Shown here: positions 27,721 through 36,399 of the stretch, in pieces | Layout: each line of letters starts with the position of its first letter | Position numbering within the stretch: position 1 is the first letter of the stretch | Assembly: GCA_963613175.1 (NCBI GenBank) | Contig: CAVDXX010000002.1 | Coordinates: forward strand, 19,005-83,004 | Reading direction: 5' to 3' | DNA: 64,000 nucleotides | Origin: a bacterium | GTDB lineage: Bacteria > Patescibacteriota > Saccharimonadia > Saccharimonadales > Saccharimonadaceae | The notes under the pieces: generated by a model | Told to the model about the DNA's origin: nothing | What the model saw: only the letters and a program-made list of their open reading frames with translations | Databases searched by the model: none | Program-made: the position numbers and the translations under genes

Positions 27721-28296
27721 CTAATTAGTTTTTTGGGCGTAATTTAAGGCTGCGGTCAAGTTTAGAGTTACATCTTCTTCAGTCGGAAGATCAGCGGCGT
27801 TTTCTGGAAGAACATACTCGACACGGACTTTACATTTCTTCTCGTTTGGCGTATCTGATGTCGACGCAAGCAATTCGTTGTTTAAGTCGCTCGTGCTGGC
27901 AGCATACTCTGTTGAATCGTAAGTCACGGTATACTTAATATACTTTTTCTGCGCTTCCGTCAAGGTCGGCGACATAGTAATACTGTTTAAGACCGCATCA
28001 AAAGTCCCTGCGTTTTCAACATCAACCGTAGATTCATAAAATTCACCCGGTTTCAAAGTGACGGCATAAGTAAATGTCGTCGCGTTTAGTGTTTTAGATG
28101 TCGCCTTTACGCTCCCTGTAGTCTCGGTATAGGAATCATTCTGAAATTGGACCTGCCAAAGTGCCTTCTTAAATGTTGCATTACCGTTAATGTTCAGAGT
28201 CTGCGCATAAGCAGCGAAACCGACTGACATCACGACAAACGCGATCGATAGAAATAGAATCGCCAATGACGAAGCGTTTATTTTTTTATGTTCCAT
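27721..28296 (-). CDS. Small exported beta-rich protein with SipW-cognate-like signal (TasA/camelysin-like candidate subunit)
   Basis: N-terminus ...VVMSVGFAAYAQTLNINGNATFKK. Strong SD AAAGGAGG 8 nt upstream of the ATG. 191 aa. Confidence 0.5.
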   Translation of the reverse strand: MEHKKINASSLAILFLSIAFVVMSVGFAAYAQTLNINGNATFKKALWQVQFQNDSYTETTGSVKATSKTLNATTFTYAVTLKPGEFYESTVDVENAGTFDAVLNSITMSPTLTEAQKKYIKYTVTYDSTEYAASTSDLNNELLASTSDTPNEKKCKVRVEYVLPENAADLPTEEDVTLNLTAALNYAQKTN

Positions 28297-28383
28297 TGAG
28301 TGTTTACCTCCTTTTATTAAATATTCTGCATAGGCATTATGCTTAATGTTATTTTATCATATGTATGACTTTAATGTAAGGCT

Positions 28384-28425
28384 TTTTTAAAAACAAATAG
28401 CCCCCGTGAATCCAAAGAGGGGCTA
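28384..28425 (-). terminator. Intrinsic terminator downstream of tRNA-Leu
   Basis: On the minus strand, a tagcccc / ggggcta stem followed by a T-rich run. Confidence 0.5.
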
Positions 28426-28440
28426 GAACTAAATCTGGTT

Positions 28441-28527
28441 TGGTGGGCGAGGAGGGACTTGAACCCTCACGATCCGAAAATCACAAGATTTTGAGTCTAG
28501 CGCGTCTACCAGTTCCGCCACTCGCCC
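28441..28527 (-). tRNA. tRNA-Leu (anticodon CAA), long variable arm, CCA encoded
   Basis: Reverse complement reads GGGCGAG..GCGGAACUGGUAGACGC..CUAGA-CUCAAAA-UCUUG..variable arm..GAGGGUUCAAGUCCCUC-CUCGCCC-A-CCA. Confidence 0.9.
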
Positions 28528-28601
28528 GCTTTGGTCGGCAATAAACACTGCCGATTAGTCTTATTATATCATATCTCAAAGATTTATGCTATAATTTAGC
28601 T

Positions 28602-29837
28602 ATGGATTCAAAAAACGGTGGGCAGTCTGCTAGCGACTTACAGAGGCAAGCCGCGGCCGCAATCGCTAGGAAAAAAGTCTTAGCGGCCTATGCTGAGAAT
28701 GTGCAAAAATCCGCGAAAGAAGTTTCTGATAATGACGCGCACCTCAAAAATGAGCCTATCGCACCCAAAATCAATTCTGAATCTTGGAAAAAATATCATT
28801 CGGCGTGGCAGAATTATTACCAAAAATATTATAGCGAATACTATTCCAAAGCGGCGCGCACTTATATCGAGAAAGAAAAGCTAAAGCGTGCTCGTGCAGA
28901 AGCCGAAGAAGAGGATCTATTAAGATCCTTAACTAAGAACAGTGCGAAGCTCGGCCAAAAATCTGCGATGTCGCTCGGGGCAGGGAAGAATACACAAGCA
29001 AGCGCGTCCGAAAATCCCGAGGGCGCGAACGATCTTCGCGAAAATCTGCGCCGAAAAATTCGGACAAAGGCGACTGATAATGCAAAAAAATCCCGTCGTA
29101 AACGCCATCTCGCACCGATTTTAGCGGGACTTGCGGTAGTTTTACTGATTTTGTTTTTGCAATACAACCGATTGATCTTCGCGCCAATCATGGCATATGT
29201 TTCGCCAGGGAATGCGCCAGCGACAGAGATTGATGCGGTCGACCCGACAGTTTCACAAACCATTTCAGCGGACCCGCGCTTGATTATTCCGAAATTAAAT
29301 ATTGACGTGCCGATACATTTCGGGATCCAGCTCTCAGAAGTGATGTCAGCGATGAACAGTGGGGTGGCGCATTATCGCATTGCTGGCGCGAACGCTTATC
29401 CGGGAGAAGTTGGCAACACGGTGATTACCGGACATTCGGCAGGTGATGTGTATAGCTCGAACCAGTATAAATACATTTTTTCGGGTCTGGAACGGCTCGA
29501 AGACGGGGATTTAATTTACATAAATTATAATTCCGTCCGTTATACTTATCAAGTGACGAAAAAAGAAGTTGTCGAGCCGACCAATGTTGCGGCGTTAGTT
29601 GTGCAAACTGAAAAACCGATTTTGACGCTGGTCACTTGTACGCCGCTCGGAACTTCGCGTTATCGCCTGCTCGTTACGGCGGAACAAGTTTCCCCGAGCT
29701 GGGACGGAGCGGAAAATTCTGCCGGTATAAACACAAGCATAGATTCATCATCCACGGAACAAAATGACGATAGCGCCCTACCATCAAACGAACCGTCATT
29801 CTTTGAAGGAATCTGGAACTTCTTAACCGGAAATTAA
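28602..29837 (+). CDS. Sortase-family transpeptidase with long disordered N-terminal region
   Basis: TM segment LAPILAGLAVVLLILFL. VITGHS (His) and LTLVTCTP (Cys). RYRLLV (Arg). Confidence 0.8.
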   Translation: MDSKNGGQSASDLQRQAAAAIARKKVLAAYAENVQKSAKEVSDNDAHLKNEPIAPKINSESWKKYHSAWQNYYQKYYSEYYSKAARTYIEKEKLKRARAEAEEEDLLRSLTKNSAKLGQKSAMSLGAGKNTQASASENPEGANDLRENLRRKIRTKATDNAKKSRRKRHLAPILAGLAVVLLILFLQYNRLIFAPIMAYVSPGNAPATEIDAVDPTVSQTISADPRLIIPKLNIDVPIHFGIQLSEVMSAMNSGVAHYRIAGANAYPGEVGNTVITGHSAGDVYSSNQYKYIFSGLERLEDGDLIYINYNSVRYTYQVTKKEVVEPTNVAALVVQTEKPILTLVTCTPLGTSRYRLLVTAEQVSPSWDGAENSAGINTSIDSSSTEQNDDSALPSNEPSFFEGIWNFLTGN

Positions 29838-29853
29838 TCTACCGTTTCAGCTA

Positions 29854-31251
29854 CTATCTCGTTAACTTTTCGCGAGTGAGTTCGCCATCACTAAAATAAT
29901 ACAACCATTTGTTATCGGTAATCGCGACGGGGAAATGATTCGAGACGTTTTTTGCGATAGACCGACGATTATAACCATCGAAATCATAAACAATCAATTC
30001 GCCGTTCGCTACCGTGTAAATCATATCGTTGTCGATCCAATCGAAATTATTGCCCTCAACCGACCATTCTCGCACGGCTCTCGCTTCCATATCGAGCGTA
30101 GCAATCTTGGTCCCGTCATTCATCGTCACAAATTCACCATCATGACCAATTTCTATCGTGGCTGGCACGAAAGTTAGATCATAGTTCGAGACTGGCTCGA
30201 AGTCAACTTTTTTATAAACCGCGATGTACTTGTCTTGAAGCGTAGTGATATACATCTCGTCATAAAACTTCGAAATCAAAACTCGAATCGGCTGATCGAC
30301 GGTTTCGAATTCCTTAATCTCATTACTACCAATTTTAAACCAACCGACTGTATATTTTCCTTGCTCGTTTACTGCTGAAAAGACGATCTCGTTCTCATAA
30401 TGGTCAAAATCATAAACACTGCTAGCCAAAACTGCCGAAATTGCCTTTCCAGAAACATCGATTTTGCGTAAATTGCCGTCCTGAACCACTAATAAGTTGC
30501 TTGATGAATTATCAAGAATCTCGATTTTATCAAAATCGGTGCCAAATTCTTTAGTCAAGTTAATGCTATTTTTTGCATTATTGACGTCAACTAATACCCA
30601 TTCGACCTTATCGCCAATTTTAAGTTTAAAAAGAACATGGTCGCCACTACGGTCCCAATCTGCAGACAAAATTTCGCCCGTAAACAACCCGACCGAGGCA
30701 TCTTCGGCTAGACTAGCGCCAGAAAGAAAATCCGAAAGATTAAGTTTTTTCGGTTCCAGAATGTCGGCGTTCAAGTCAATAATCTGCCATTCGGTAGTAT
30801 CGTCGGCGAGCAAGAGTTTGTCGTAATCGGGGGAGATCGAAGCGAACATTGAACCGGTGGTATCGAGTACTTTTTCAATTTCACGATCTTGGAGAAAAAG
30901 TCGCGGATAATGCAACCGATAAAGGTAACCTTCGGAAATATTAATTGTCTTCGACCAAGAATCGTAGCCGTCTTTTGAGACCGTGACAGTATGCTCGCCG
31001 CTAGAAAGTACTTTCGAAGTGTTTGTGCGTTGTAGCCAAGAAGACGAGCCGTCGATATCAAGATCGGCACCAGTCGGAATAGAAGAAACCTGTACCATAC
31101 CCTGTCGTTCAACTTTAAGGTCCGAATTTAGCCAATAACCCGAAACCACTAATGCCAGAACAACCACCATGCCGATTACAGCTAAAACCATAATCGCTTC
31201 GGAGATAATTACTTTTAAACTCTGGCGTTTTTTAAACTTCTCAGCATCCAT
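29854..31251 (-). CDS. PEGA-domain + beta-propeller-like membrane-anchored protein
   Basis: N-terminal TM segment. PEGA-like VSSIPTGADLDIDGSS...HTVTVSKDGYDSW. Confidence 0.55.
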   Translation of the reverse strand: MDAEKFKKRQSLKVIISEAIMVLAVIGMVVVLALVVSGYWLNSDLKVERQGMVQVSSIPTGADLDIDGSSSWLQRTNTSKVLSSGEHTVTVSKDGYDSWSKTINISEGYLYRLHYPRLFLQDREIEKVLDTTGSMFASISPDYDKLLLADDTTEWQIIDLNADILEPKKLNLSDFLSGASLAEDASVGLFTGEILSADWDRSGDHVLFKLKIGDKVEWVLVDVNNAKNSINLTKEFGTDFDKIEILDNSSSNLLVVQDGNLRKIDVSGKAISAVLASSVYDFDHYENEIVFSAVNEQGKYTVGWFKIGSNEIKEFETVDQPIRVLISKFYDEMYITTLQDKYIAVYKKVDFEPVSNYDLTFVPATIEIGHDGEFVTMNDGTKIATLDMEARAVREWSVEGNNFDWIDNDMIYTVANGELIVYDFDGYNRRSIAKNVSNHFPVAITDNKWLYYFSDGELTREKLTR

Positions 31252-31352
31252 ATTTTATACTCTTATTATACCATATAATATATTAAAATTTTAGCTCTTG
31301 CGTTTTAAATTAAAAACGTGTATGATTAGAATAAGGAAAAGTGAGGTAATTA

Positions 31353-32291
31353 ATGCAAAAATCCGAGAATCATCAACAGGCGGCTACTGTGAATCGTCGC
31401 AAAGTACAAGCTTCGACTACTCTTAATCGGAAATATACTAAACGCCCGATGAAGAAGAGCGACATTGTCGTACCAGTGCGCAGAAATCCAAAAGTCATAA
31501 AGCATTTTAACGCACCTATGGTCGAAGTTGCTCCGAAGCAACAAAAAACAGGACGACAAGTCTCTACTCCAATGGATACGATTCAGCCGGCAGTGATGCA
31601 TCCGATACAAAATTCTGTAAATAAAAAAATGCAGGAACGCACAGCGCAGTCTCAGACAACTTCAATACAGACGAATTCAATGGTTTCGCGAATTTCTGCG
31701 CAAGAGCTAAAAGAACAGGCGATTAAAAAGGCCTTGGCTTCAGCTTCAAGTATGAAGCCAGTCGAAAATTCGACTCTAGTTTCCGAAGCAAGACCATCAA
31801 AAAAGAAGAAAACTAAAGAACATATTCATTTTGGTATGGGACGCATAGTTTTAGCTTTATCTTGTGCAGCGGCGGCAGTTTTTGCGATTGTCTATTTTGT
31901 GAATTTAAATATGCCCGACATCTCATTACGGGTCGCAGCGATGCAGACCGGCATGGATCCGACTTACCCGAATTATGTACCGCGAGATTTCAGTGTTTCG
32001 AGTATTACCTCTGAAGAAAGCGAGATCATGATAGAATTCACTAACAGTAACACGAATACTGACTTTCAACTGGTTGAGGAAAAATCTTCTTGGGATACGA
32101 ATGCGTTAGAATCTAACTATGTAAAATCAACTTACGGGGAAAACTACACAGTTGTGCGCGAGCAGGGGCTAACGATTTATATTAGCGGAAGCAATGCGGC
32201 TTGGGTAAATGGCGGTATGGCTTACAAAATTAATGCCGATAATGGCGTACTGACGAATAAACAAATTCGTGCAATTGCAACATCATTATAG
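31353..32291 (+). CDS. Single-pass membrane protein with DUF4367-like ectodomain (anti-sigma-like architecture)
   Basis: Disordered basic N-terminus. TM segment IVLALSCAAAAVFAIVYFV. C-terminal YVPRDFSV...AWVNGGMAYKI...IRAIATSL. Confidence 0.4.
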   Translation: MQKSENHQQAATVNRRKVQASTTLNRKYTKRPMKKSDIVVPVRRNPKVIKHFNAPMVEVAPKQQKTGRQVSTPMDTIQPAVMHPIQNSVNKKMQERTAQSQTTSIQTNSMVSRISAQELKEQAIKKALASASSMKPVENSTLVSEARPSKKKKTKEHIHFGMGRIVLALSCAAAAVFAIVYFVNLNMPDISLRVAAMQTGMDPTYPNYVPRDFSVSSITSEESEIMIEFTNSNTNTDFQLVEEKSSWDTNALESNYVKSTYGENYTVVREQGLTIYISGSNAAWVNGGMAYKINADNGVLTNKQIRAIATSL

Positions 32292-32294
32292 AGT

Positions 32295-33737
32295 CTAAAG
32301 CGCTCGCGCAACTGCATTTAAACGTGCGAGCGTAACTTCGCGGCCTAATACCGACATTGTGAGGTTGAGCGCTGGAGAGAAGGGAGCAAAACTCAATGCG
32401 ATTCGAATCAGGCTGAACAATTCCGCAGGCTTTTTTTCAGTCTCTTTAAGCAGTTCATTCAAAGTATTTTGTAAATCGTCGGCTGACCAATTTTTAAGAT
32501 TTGTTAACTTTACGATGGACTGCTTCAAGAGGTCTTCCAGAGACGATAGCGACATTTTTTTAAGAAATTTATTATTTACTAATAAGTCAATATCGATTTC
32601 GGGATCTCTAAAGAAATAATCAGTCATCGTTCTTAAATCAGATAAAGTTTTCAATCGGTCGTAGATGATCGAAAGCACCTTTAATTTATATTCGTCATCA
32701 AAACTTGCCGCTGATTCCGGCCAGAAGCCTTCCGTGCGCGCATAAAGAGCCTCAGCACCTTGCTCATCGAAAATTCGTCTAAGCCATTGTCCGTTGAGCC
32801 ATAATAATTTCGTTTCGTCGTATTGCGCACCAGAATTTTGAATCCGGTCGAGCGAAAATTTCGCAATCAGTTCATCTTTAGTGTAAATCTCCTGTTCAGA
32901 ACCATCATTCCAGCCCAGACAAGCCAAATAATTCAGCATCGTTTCGGCTAGAATACCATCATCACGATATTCGGTCACCGACTTCGCACCGTCGCGCTTG
33001 CCAAGTTTCTTTTTTCCGCCCGGAGCTAAAATATGTGGAAGGGAAACAAACTTCGGACGCTCCAACCCTAATGCCTCATAGAGCGCTAAATAATTCGGCG
33101 TGCTCGAAAGATACTCAACGCCCCGCATCACGTGCGTCACGCCCATTTCTGCATCATCGACGATATGCGCGAAATTATAAGTCGGTAAACCATCTTTTTT
33201 AATCAAAATAATATCATCTTGAGTTTCGGGACCGGCGCTAAGATCGCCCATCACTTCATCGTGCCAACTATAATCCTTCGGTTCGGCTTTGAACCGCAAT
33301 GGAATGCCTGGCTCCCATGTTGGCGGATTTTCCGGACGAAAATGACGATACAGGAATGGGATTTTTTCAGCATTGCATTTTTTACGATACTCATCAATTT
33401 TTTCGGACGAGGTCGGATCAGCATAAGCTCGACCCATCGCAATCAATTTTCGCGCATACTCAATATAAACTTCGCGTCGTTCGCTCTGGAAATATGGACC
33501 ATGATCACCGCCGACGATTGGACCTTCGTCCCAATTCAATCCTAGCCATTGTAGAGTCTCTTCGATCAATTCTGTCGCACCCTCGACATAGCGAGCTCGG
33601 TCGGTATCTTCGATGCGCAGAATCATTTTACCATCTTCCGCTCCGTGAGCCAACAAATAAGGGTAAATCGCGGAGCGGACGTTGCCGATGTGGATGTAGC
33701 CAGTCGGGCTCGGCGCAAATCTTGTAACAACTTTCAT
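32295..33737 (-). CDS. gltX: Glutamyl-tRNA synthetase
   Basis: RFAPSPTGYIHIGNVRSA (HIGH) and KKLGKRDG (KMSKS-like). Confidence 0.92.
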   Translation of the reverse strand: MKVVTRFAPSPTGYIHIGNVRSAIYPYLLAHGAEDGKMILRIEDTDRARYVEGATELIEETLQWLGLNWDEGPIVGGDHGPYFQSERREVYIEYARKLIAMGRAYADPTSSEKIDEYRKKCNAEKIPFLYRHFRPENPPTWEPGIPLRFKAEPKDYSWHDEVMGDLSAGPETQDDIILIKKDGLPTYNFAHIVDDAEMGVTHVMRGVEYLSSTPNYLALYEALGLERPKFVSLPHILAPGGKKKLGKRDGAKSVTEYRDDGILAETMLNYLACLGWNDGSEQEIYTKDELIAKFSLDRIQNSGAQYDETKLLWLNGQWLRRIFDEQGAEALYARTEGFWPESAASFDDEYKLKVLSIIYDRLKTLSDLRTMTDYFFRDPEIDIDLLVNNKFLKKMSLSSLEDLLKQSIVKLTNLKNWSADDLQNTLNELLKETEKKPAELFSLIRIALSFAPFSPALNLTMSVLGREVTLARLNAVARAL

Positions 33738-33773
33738 AAAGTTATTATATCATATTTTTAAGGATATCTGAGC

Positions 33774-34793
33774 TTAGAGTTCTTCTTCCTCTTCGTCATC
33801 ATCATCTTTACGGCGTTTCGCTAGGATGAAGAAGAACATTCCAGAAGTGGCAGCGACAGCGGCGGAGACGGCGAGACCGATAGCGAGCGGGGTTCCGCCA
33901 TTAATGTTCGCAGTAGTGCGCTCAGTCACACCAGCTGGATCGGCGTAGGCGTCAACCGTATTACCGTCGCTGACTTCGGTAGTTGTTGTCGTAGTATCGT
34001 CATCGTTATTAGTACTTGTAGTATATGAAGTTGTGCCGTTGGTGCCATGCCCCTTAGTCGTTCCAGCGCCAGAATAGCTTGGGTTTGTAGAATCATTATC
34101 GCTTGGTGTGACCGGATCGGTCGGAGTAACTGGGTTATCCTCGTCGATTACATCTGAGACAACACTAATTACGACTGTCCCGGAATAAGTCCCCGAAGCC
34201 TGAGAAAGATCCGCTTTTGTGCCAAAATAAATATCCTTTGAAACATTATTGGCGTCTGTATCGCTTTTTAGAACCTCAATTGGGGAGGCACTTGTGCTTA
34301 CTAGTGGACTATAATTGCTACTCTCGCTACCAGTCGTAGTGTCATCCAGTGAATACCCCCAACGATTAGACGGAAAATTCGAACGCGTAGAAGTGCCAGA
34401 TAGAGTCTGAATAGTTTTCGAACTATCGCGCGTATTAATCAAGTTAGTTGTATTGTTGCTCGTATACATCGTGGCGGTAAATCCATTAACATTGGTCGAT
34501 GAAACATTCAGGTTCACAGCATTACGTAGAAAAGTGCCGGCACTGCCGCTGGCGCCACTTTTTGGTATGGTGACTGCGACCGAGAGAGTTTCGGCGATAT
34601 TGACTTTAAAGATCGTGTTCGCATCAGCGGATACTTGGCTCGCGACGATATTACTAGCGCAGATGCCCGACATAACCGACAGAATACCAATAATGCCTAC
34701 GGCAATCTTTGTTCTCGCCTTAAATATGCGTTTATTACAGCATATACGCATTGGTTTCATGTAGAATTTTTTTGTGTGAAAAATTTTTTTCAT
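33774..34793 (-). CDS. Ser/Thr-rich surface protein with C-terminal TM anchor and KRRK + acidic tail
   Basis: Signal/TM segment IAVGIIGILSVMSGICA. Beta-rich domain, T/D/N-rich stalk, then TPLAIGLAVSAAVAATSGMFFFILAKRRKDDDDEEEEEL. Confidence 0.5.
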   Translation of the reverse strand: MKKIFHTKKFYMKPMRICCNKRIFKARTKIAVGIIGILSVMSGICASNIVASQVSADANTIFKVNIAETLSVAVTIPKSGASGSAGTFLRNAVNLNVSSTNVNGFTATMYTSNNTTNLINTRDSSKTIQTLSGTSTRSNFPSNRWGYSLDDTTTGSESSNYSPLVSTSASPIEVLKSDTDANNVSKDIYFGTKADLSQASGTYSGTVVISVVSDVIDEDNPVTPTDPVTPSDNDSTNPSYSGAGTTKGHGTNGTTSYTTSTNNDDDTTTTTTEVSDGNTVDAYADPAGVTERTTANINGGTPLAIGLAVSAAVAATSGMFFFILAKRRKDDDDEEEEEL

Positions 34794-34951
34794 TTTTGTG
34801 TGTTGACCTTTTATATCTAGATAATAGCATAAGAATAAAGCAATGTAAACCCCAAAGTTTAAAAAATATGAATTTGTGAAAAACTGTAGAAAAAAGTTAT
34901 GGTTTAGATTATAATATATAGTAGTTATTGCTTAAAAGTGGAGCATAATAT

Positions 34952-36217
34952 ATGGCAAAAGAAAATAAATCAAAAATCACCGATGCGGATTTACGGGCAG
35001 CTTTTGTCGGAAGATCGACGGAAAGAGAACGAGAGCGAAGCGTATCACATAGTAGTACCAAAGATGAAAAACGAGACCGAATTTTAAGGATCGTCGGCGG
35101 AATGAGTTTAATCGTAGGAGCCGGTTGCCTTTTGACCGCGTTTTTGGCCTTCGGGGGTAATCGTGATTCCTTAAAATTCCCAACTATCCCGTCGAAAAAT
35201 AGCGAGACGACAAAATACAGCACGCTAACTGGCGAGCCGTTAGCCGACGGGAAAGCTAAAGATGCACCGACCTATTGTGTCCAGATTCCGAACGGCACGG
35301 ACGGCGCACGTCCGCAAGCGGGATTGAATGAAGCCGGAGTAGTGTTCGAAGCGATTGCAGAGGCGGGAATTACCCGTTTTGCGGCGATCTATCAAGATCC
35401 GTCTTCAGCAATCATTGGCCCGATTCGATCACTGAGAACTTATTATCTCGAATGGGATACGCCGTTTGACTGCACGATCGTTCACGCTGGTGGCTCGAGC
35501 GATGCGCTGGCGGCGGTAGCGAATGGCTATGAAGATTTGTCTGAAGACTATCAATATATGTACCGCGGGACCTATGGTTCAAGGTCGTGGAATAATCTTT
35601 TCACCACATCAAGTTATCTAAAACAATACAGTACCGACCATAGTAACAGCAGTTCGAACATTAAGGGCTTTGCGCGGCTAACACCAGAAGAATCGGAAAA
35701 AGAACGAGTAGATAAGTCGGTGATAAAAAAATTAGTGATTACCGAACCATCCAATGAAGACACTTCCGAAGTTAGTGTGCCGGTTGGATCGATCGCTTTA
35801 AGACTGGGCGGTTGGGAGAATTTTAATGTAATTTATAAATATAACGTCGAAAACAATACTTATTTGCGTAGTTATGAAAATGGTTCTGCGCATGAAGTTT
35901 ATAATTGTCCAGCCAGCGATCTCGGCGAGAAGAATCCAGAAGATGTTTGTAGCTTAACTCAGATTGCGCCTTCGGTAGTGGTAGCAATGGTAGTTCAAGA
36001 GTCAAAAGCCTCCGATAATTATCACGAAGATATTACGACGATCGGCTCGGGCGATGTTTATATTTTCCAAAATGGCTCTGTTACAGAAGGGACTTGGAAA
36101 AAATCTTCAAAAGGTGAGCAAATTAAATTCACCGATGAAAATGGGGACGAAATTAAGCTCGCTCCGGGACAAACCTTCGTCACGGCAGTCCCAAATTACG
36201 GAAGTGTTGACTTTTAG
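34952..36217 (+). CDS. DUF3048 (YerB-like) exported protein
   Basis: TM anchor. QIPNGTDGARPQAGLNEAGVVFEAIAEAGITRFAAIYQD is typical of DUF3048. Confidence 0.7.
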   Translation: MAKENKSKITDADLRAAFVGRSTERERERSVSHSSTKDEKRDRILRIVGGMSLIVGAGCLLTAFLAFGGNRDSLKFPTIPSKNSETTKYSTLTGEPLADGKAKDAPTYCVQIPNGTDGARPQAGLNEAGVVFEAIAEAGITRFAAIYQDPSSAIIGPIRSLRTYYLEWDTPFDCTIVHAGGSSDALAAVANGYEDLSEDYQYMYRGTYGSRSWNNLFTTSSYLKQYSTDHSNSSSNIKGFARLTPEESEKERVDKSVIKKLVITEPSNEDTSEVSVPVGSIALRLGGWENFNVIYKYNVENNTYLRSYENGSAHEVYNCPASDLGEKNPEDVCSLTQIAPSVVVAMVVQESKASDNYHEDITTIGSGDVYIFQNGSVTEGTWKKSSKGEQIKFTDENGDEIKLAPGQTFVTAVPNYGSVDF

Positions 36218-36300
36218 AATCCGCTGTGCTACAATAGAGATGTGGACCTAACCCCCCTTGGGTCCACACTTGGTCTTTAGACAATTTTATGTTGATATGT

Positions 36301-36377
36301 GGTCTCGTCGTCTAGTGGTCCAGGACTCCTGGTTCTCATCCAGGCAATCGCGGGTTCGAATCCCGCCGAGATCACCA
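36301..36377 (+). tRNA. tRNA-Glu (anticodon CUC), CCA encoded
   Basis: GGUCUCG..CCUGG-UUCUCAU-CCAGG..CGGGUUCGAAUCCCG..CGAGAUC-A-CCA. Confidence 0.9.
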
Positions 36378-36399
36378 TTTTTTATAGTATAATTTAGAT

